A stretch of DNA of 64,000 nucleotides from Escherichia phage vB_EcoM_PHB05, in sequence record NC_052652.1. One strand, given 5' to 3'. The notes under the pieces are model-generated. The model made no database searches. It was not told the DNA's origin and was given only the letters and a program-made list of their open reading frames with translations. Positions within the stretch are counted from its first letter, which is position 1; each line of letters begins with the position of its first letter. Made by a program: the position numbers and the translations under genes. Positions 59,175 through 64,000 of the stretch are shown one piece after another.

Positions 59175-59747
59175 TTATTTGCTAATGCTTTGAATGTTAT
59201 TTACAACACGGTTTATTGCCAGTGAAGCCCTAGGCTCTGCAATACCTGTTGCATAGATATAAGGATGACCTCTTGGAGACTCCCTCATACCGAATGAACC
59301 TAATTCTAAACCATATTCATCCTCTACGTCAACCCCAATATTAGTGGGTACTAAATATGTTTTAACTCCATAGTAAGTAGAGAAGAAACAGCGCATAGCG
59401 TTAGCATACTCTTCAATTGTAGCATCAGGGTAGAACTCAATCAACTCCAATTTCAAGAAAATATTAAAATGGGTATCATCTAAATTTTCTTCTGTACGGT
59501 AACATGGCGTTAGTGCCATATACGGATTACCTGCTGCAAATTCAAAACCATCCTTCTCCATTTGCAGGAAAGATTGTTCTGCACTAGCTACATAGTATTT
59601 ACCGTTAGGATGCCCTAATGGGCGATCCTCTTTATTTTCTGGTAGTGTGTACGCCAGTATATCAGCATCCACGAGATATGGAACTTCCAACATTTGTGCA
59701 AACCGACCATAGTAATCAATAGCTTGAGCTATTACTGCAACATTCAT
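59175..59747 (-). CDS. Hypothetical protein
   Basis: 190-aa ORF. Confidence 0.4.
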   Translation of the reverse strand: MNVAVIAQAIDYYGRFAQMLEVPYLVDADILAYTLPENKEDRPLGHPNGKYYVASAEQSFLQMEKDGFEFAAGNPYMALTPCYRTEENLDDTHFNIFLKLELIEFYPDATIEEYANAMRCFFSTYYGVKTYLVPTNIGVDVEDEYGLELGSFGMRESPRGHPYIYATGIAEPRASLAINRVVNNIQSISK

Positions 59748-59995
59748 GATCGACCTCCATTGCGGAATGCACGTTTAGTAATGTTTGACATAGTGATCAA
59801 ATCTTGAAGCGTCATATCAGGAAAATGCTGTTCAAGAACACCTTCAACAGCGCCTACAATATCTGATAACTCAATAAGTTGCATCAGCTTGCAATCTTGA
59901 TCAATAGCATCCTGAAGTTCATAAAGCTCTTCTTGAATCTTAGCAACAGAACCATAGTCCTCTTTGCTAATCTCCTTCAAATGATACCCTGCCAC
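59744..59995 (-). CDS. MazG-like nucleotide pyrophosphohydrolase (small all-alpha NTP-PPase, putative)
   Basis: 83 aa; IQEELYEL and ELSDIVGAVEG resemble the divalent-metal-binding EExxE/D helices of MazG-like proteins. Confidence 0.35.
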   Translation of the reverse strand: MAGYHLKEISKEDYGSVAKIQEELYELQDAIDQDCKLMQLIELSDIVGAVEGVLEQHFPDMTLQDLITMSNITKRAFRNGGRS

Positions 59996-60005
59996 TTTAA
60001 CCCCC

Positions 60006-62780
60006 TTAGTTTACCAGTTTATTTATATCTGGTAAAAGATTTATTTCACCTAAGAAATCACCTTCACCTTCCTCTAGCCAACTCTCATATGCTTGTGCAT
60101 GATTATAGTTACCATCAAAAGAATCTGCAACAAATTTTTCTACAGTTTTTCGAGATGTGCCAGCGCCAAATACACCAAGTTTAATACCATTGATCGGTAA
60201 AGTGGTGCTTGTGGGTACTTTCTCTGTTGCAACACGGTTGATATCTATAATCTCCTGTACGGTTGTATTCCATTGTAAGCATTTAACACAACGGGTGTGC
60301 GCTACATACAGTAGGTTTCGCTCTGCCTCTTCTAGTCCTACCCATTCACCAGTCTTTTTATCATAGTTGGAAGGAAAATCATTAGCAACAATAACCTGAT
60401 CCCACTCCAAACCTTTAGACTTATGTGCTGTAGTCAGTGTGACTTTTGCTGTAGGAGAATTTCTATGCGTTCTAAGTGTATGTGCTATAGTGTTTGCCTT
60501 ACCAGAAACTACAATGTTTAACAAGCGTTTAGCATCTGGATCAGCCTCTGCACACTCAACAAATTCATTCCAGTCTGCGTAAGGTAATACAGTTTCATGT
60601 TTTACTTTCTCAATATCTCCTCTCCGAAGAGCATTAACACTATCTACCATAGAGATAAAATCCCTGGTATCTACGTTAATAATAATTTCTTCCCCATCTG
60701 CAATACGATCCATTGCCTCCATAAGCAAGGTTAAATTCTTGCGAAAGATGATAGTGTAAGGTTTTGTATAGTCTACAACATCTGATTTGTAGCTACCTAC
60801 TACAGTATCAAAGCCTTTACCAACCAAAGGATGACGCAAAGGTTCTTTATCACTTAAAATCATATTCGCAATGTTTGCCACTTTGGGGCCAAAACGGAAG
60901 CAAGCAGTTAATGGAAGCTCTGCCCCATACTTAGCTGTTTCAATCATCATATTAGAGCTACCTCTAAATTGATAAATGCAGTTATGGCTAAGAATTTCAT
61001 TGCCAAAGAAGTTAGCAGTATCCTCTACTTCAATATCATAATAGATACCATCACTATCTACAATGTCCACAATTTCTTCTGCCGTTACAGTATCACCATC
61101 TTTTACCAACACAGACATGCCTTTAAACAAACCCGCTGCCGGAATTAAATTATATTTGGCAGTGTTCACAGAGGACATGCATTCTTTTAAAGATGCAAAC
61201 GGAACTATTTCAAGGATCTTTTGTGCAAAACTCAATGCTTCACGATAAGAATTGAAATATTTACGTACACGGTAACGACCTTCCAATTTAGCAACACTTA
61301 CACTTACACCTGCTTCAATGAGTGAAGCATAGATTGGCATTTCACTTTCTGTCCACTCAAAGCTAACTTGTGTTCCTTTACAACCTTGTGCTCGCAAAGT
61401 CACTGTTAACATTTTTCTTGCATCTACTGTACAATTGATGCTGTGCCAATGTGGATAAGCAAAATGATAATCTTTATCCTCTAAAAGTTTAAAACCATTT
61501 TGTCCGAATTGTTCAAAGATATTGTTGATCCTTTCTTGATTAATACCGCGTGAACTTGCCTCAAATACACAAGTAGGAATGCCATATTGTAAACTGTATG
61601 CCATTTCTTTTTCCATAGCAGCTTCACGGTTTTCAACAATATCCAACACCCACAACTTCTGTGCTTTTTCAGAACGTGTACGTTGCCCCAGTTTAGAAAA
61701 ACCTTCTTTATCATCGAATTTGTTAGTGATCCCTACTCGGAAACCTAAATCTTTTCTCCACATTAGGTATACCACCATCTGATCATCTTTCAGAACATAA
61801 GGTGAAGCCCAAATACGATGGTTATGTGTCATATCTAAAGTCTTACCTTTAGCAGTAATAATATTCCTACCTTTTGTACGTGTAGATAAAGTTTTATTTG
61901 TTACTTTTCTAAATGTAACTTTACCGTTAGAATAAGACTCTACCTTATCACCGATTTGCAGGTCTTTCATTGTAACCTGACCATTTTCGGTATTAAGTAC
62001 CGTGTTTTCTGACACACATTGGAATTCATCACCAACTACCACAATTTGTTTGGCAGATTTAGCATTCCGCAGAATAGACAAGAATGCAGGGTTAACATCC
62101 TGGAATTCATCCCCAAAAATAATGTCATAACCAAGATCAGCACCAGACAATTCAAACAATTTTACATAGGTGTCATGCGTCATCAAAGTATCTGTGTTAG
62201 GGTCAATGCGCTCTCGCCACAATTGTTTTGCATACTTAACTACTTCTGTAATTAGTTTGTGTTCGTTAATACCTTTTCTTTTAATATCTGCAAGATGTAC
62301 ACTAGGAAAATGTTTACGGCTGATAAAAGGATCATCCGAAAATTCAAACTTACCTACGGTTTGCTTGATCATTAAACCAATCATAGCACGAGTTAAAAGT
62401 GTTTTCCCTCGTTTATCAATAAGATTATTAATCTTAAATTTCTTTGCTATCTCACTACCTGTACCTGCAACGTTAACATACTGTCCTTCTGGTCGTGACA
62501 GTTTTGCACGTAAACGATGATCCAGGAATTGATAGCAAATGGAATGCAATGTACGGCATTCTACATTTGGTGGCATCTTACGCCGTGCTTCTTCTGCCAT
62601 GCTTTTATTGAAAGCTAAGTAAAGAATGCGATCTTCTGTACTGTTAGCCAGCAAATAAAGTGTTGACGTTTTTCCTGATCCAGATTTAGCTTGGATAGTT
62701 AAAAACCGATGATCTGGAAAAGCCTCCTTAATAGCTGTTTGCTCTTCTGTTGGAGTAAAACTCAACTCTTTCTTAGCCAT
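60006..62780 (-). CDS. UvrD/Rep-like SF1 DNA helicase interrupted by an intein
   Basis: Walker A AKSGSGKT, Walker B DEFQD; motif III split as VVVGDEFQ / intein / CIYQFRGSS; start set to MAKKEL (62780). Confidence 0.7.
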   Translation of the reverse strand: MAKKELSFTPTEEQTAIKEAFPDHRFLTIQAKSGSGKTSTLYLLANSTEDRILYLAFNKSMAEEARRKMPPNVECRTLHSICYQFLDHRLRAKLSRPEGQYVNVAGTGSEIAKKFKINNLIDKRGKTLLTRAMIGLMIKQTVGKFEFSDDPFISRKHFPSVHLADIKRKGINEHKLITEVVKYAKQLWRERIDPNTDTLMTHDTYVKLFELSGADLGYDIIFGDEFQDVNPAFLSILRNAKSAKQIVVVGDEFQCVSENTVLNTENGQVTMKDLQIGDKVESYSNGKVTFRKVTNKTLSTRTKGRNIITAKGKTLDMTHNHRIWASPYVLKDDQMVVYLMWRKDLGFRVGITNKFDDKEGFSKLGQRTRSEKAQKLWVLDIVENREAAMEKEMAYSLQYGIPTCVFEASSRGINQERINNIFEQFGQNGFKLLEDKDYHFAYPHWHSINCTVDARKMLTVTLRAQGCKGTQVSFEWTESEMPIYASLIEAGVSVSVAKLEGRYRVRKYFNSYREALSFAQKILEIVPFASLKECMSSVNTAKYNLIPAAGLFKGMSVLVKDGDTVTAEEIVDIVDSDGIYYDIEVEDTANFFGNEILSHNCIYQFRGSSNMMIETAKYGAELPLTACFRFGPKVANIANMILSDKEPLRHPLVGKGFDTVVGSYKSDVVDYTKPYTIIFRKNLTLLMEAMDRIADGEEIIINVDTRDFISMVDSVNALRRGDIEKVKHETVLPYADWNEFVECAEADPDAKRLLNIVVSGKANTIAHTLRTHRNSPTAKVTLTTAHKSKGLEWDQVIVANDFPSNYDKKTGEWVGLEEAERNLLYVAHTRCVKCLQWNTTVQEIIDINRVATEKVPTSTTLPINGIKLGVFGAGTSRKTVEKFVADSFDGNYNHAQAYESWLEEGEGDFLGEINLLPDINKLVN
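60981..62018 (-). other. Intein (346 aa) inserted in helicase motif III
   Basis: Begins with Cys (CVSENTVL), ends ...EILSHN followed by +1 Cys; excising it restores the canonical GDxxQxIYxFRG motif. Confidence 0.6.
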
Positions 62781-62781
62781 T

Positions 62782-63258
62782 TCAACCTCTCTTAATTTGT
62801 TTAACAAGCATAGGAACAAAATCTCGTTTTAAAATTTGTTCAATAATATGATCAGGTAGCTGTTGGAAATTATAATTAAACGCTACTGTCTCACCTTTAG
62901 GTGTTTCTACCCGCACATATAGCATGTTACGAAGTTTATCCACTTGTGCTGTATATTCTAAACCACGTAATTGATGCATTGCAAACATCAAATCCTCAGT
63001 TTCAGTTTGGAATCTATCCCTTGTTTGCATCAAGGATAAGGCAAAAGGTAGATTTTCCCTAAGAGCCACCTTCTTAGGCACTAGTGAAGGGAAATACTCC
63101 CCAATAACTTCCTGTGTAAGCTGAATACACTCTTTTTCAAGCTGGTTTTGTTCCTTGAGTTCACAAACACTTTTTTGTAAAGTGTTAACCTCTTTTTGCA
63201 AAGCTGCTAGTTGAGCACTTAACTTTCTTTTTTGATTACGACCGAAACGTTTAGACAT
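62782..63258 (-). CDS. Hypothetical coiled-coil protein
   Basis: 158-aa ORF. Confidence 0.4.
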   Translation of the reverse strand: MSKRFGRNQKRKLSAQLAALQKEVNTLQKSVCELKEQNQLEKECIQLTQEVIGEYFPSLVPKKVALRENLPFALSLMQTRDRFQTETEDLMFAMHQLRGLEYTAQVDKLRNMLYVRVETPKGETVAFNYNFQQLPDHIIEQILKRDFVPMLVKQIKRG

Positions 63259-63266
63259 ATTTCCCC

Positions 63267-63782
63267 CTAGTAAAACCCCTTAACAATTTGTATTAACTCG
63301 GCACAACGGTTGACCAACTTTTCATCGTACAATACACGTTGTGGCATATGTTGTATAATATACTCCATTTGCTCATGCCATGTCCACTTTTCTTTTTTGT
63401 CCGGGATAACATCACTAGCACGAGAATTATCTTTTAATGTTTGTATAATCCAATTGCTTGGAAAGTGCTCTCCACCTTTCTTAAATGGTTTATAGTGGCC
63501 TAGAGTGAATTGAGAATCCCCTGTTAGAGCACCCAATTTATTTAGATGGATAATCAAACTACGAAACACATAATATTCATAGATGTTATCCACCGTATAG
63601 CAAGCATAATATTTCAAGATGCCCTTATCTCGCGGATACTTACCAACATCCAGATTACACCAGTTGACATTTTCTGGATCATAGTGGTGTTCCTTAAGCC
63701 ATATTTCTCTTTCATCAAAGTCTGGATATATTACCGCCCTGCTTACAGAGTCAACAAGTGGAGATTGAGCATCAAAAAACAT
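63267..63782 (-). CDS. Hypothetical protein
   Basis: 171-aa ORF. Confidence 0.4.
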   Translation of the reverse strand: MFFDAQSPLVDSVSRAVIYPDFDEREIWLKEHHYDPENVNWCNLDVGKYPRDKGILKYYACYTVDNIYEYYVFRSLIIHLNKLGALTGDSQFTLGHYKPFKKGGEHFPSNWIIQTLKDNSRASDVIPDKKEKWTWHEQMEYIIQHMPQRVLYDEKLVNRCAELIQIVKGFY

Positions 63783-63804
63783 TATATTTTTCCTTATTGG
63801 TTTA

Positions 63805-63990
63805 TTAAACGTTTTCTAAATCTTTTAAGGCATTACCCAACGTTAGAACAATAACATCGTTTGCTGCCTCTTCCCCATTGATATTGGTGAAATTTGGTGT
63901 GACAAAAGTAACCATATAAAACTCGTCCACCTGGAAGACAGCAATAACACCGTCCATCTTAACATCTTGACGAAAGGAAAAACCAAGCAT
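63805..63990 (-). CDS. Hypothetical small protein
   Basis: 61-aa ORF near window edge. Confidence 0.25.
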   Translation of the reverse strand: MLGFSFRQDVKMDGVIAVFQVDEFYMVTFVTPNFTNINGEEAANDVIVLTLGNALKDLENV

Positions 63991-64000
63991 CTTCTCTTGC

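Noticed and set aside
62781-62819. N-terminal extension MFLCLLNKLREVE of the helicase ORF (start at 62819)
   Set aside because: The extension overlaps the upstream gene's end and lacks an RBS; the downstream Met (MAKKEL, 62780) directly follows the upstream stop and is the more plausible start.
1-64000. Integrase, att sites, tRNA or rRNA genes indicating a prophage boundary or RNA gene
   Set aside because: No tyrosine or serine recombinase-like ORF, rRNA-like region or recognisable tRNA was seen by eye; intergenic regions are short and occupied by hairpins and RBSs, though short tRNAs cannot be fully excluded without a dedicated search.

Overview
This window looks like part of a tailed dsDNA phage genome (or prophage) with a contractile-tail, myovirus-like structural module; I cannot name the phage from sequence alone. 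Two convergent transcription blocks meet at a bidirectional hairpin terminator near 30303-30332. The plus-strand block (1-30300) encodes virion proteins: putative sheath, tube, chaperone, tape measure, baseplate proteins (Gp138_N-like spike, baseplate-J-like) and several large tail fibers or tailspikes (beta-helix depolymerase-like, collagen-like repeat fiber, Big_2/SGNH-esterase-like fiber). The minus-strand block (30336-64000) encodes replication and nucleotide metabolism (family A DNA polymerase, T7 gp4-like primase-helicase, intein-containing UvrD-like helicase, anaerobic ribonucleotide reductase NrdD/NrdG, beta-class DNA methyltransferase, an SSB-tail-bearing protein) plus a dense accessory region. 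The most unusual content is a phage-borne Ter-like stress/defence gene set (TerD, vWA protein with TerD-like N-terminus, TelA-like, TerC), and next to it a separate nucleotide-metabolism trio (TARG1-like macro domain, PRTase-like, HAD-like). Other notable items are a cluster of glycosyltransferases, a CCA-enzyme-like nucleotidyltransferase, a perfect 590-bp tandem duplication inside the tail module, and a 346-aa intein inside helicase motif III. All calls rest on reading the supplied ORF translations and DNA by eye; no database search was run, so functional names are motif-based hypotheses. No rRNA or CRISPR array was seen, and tRNAs were not systematically searched.
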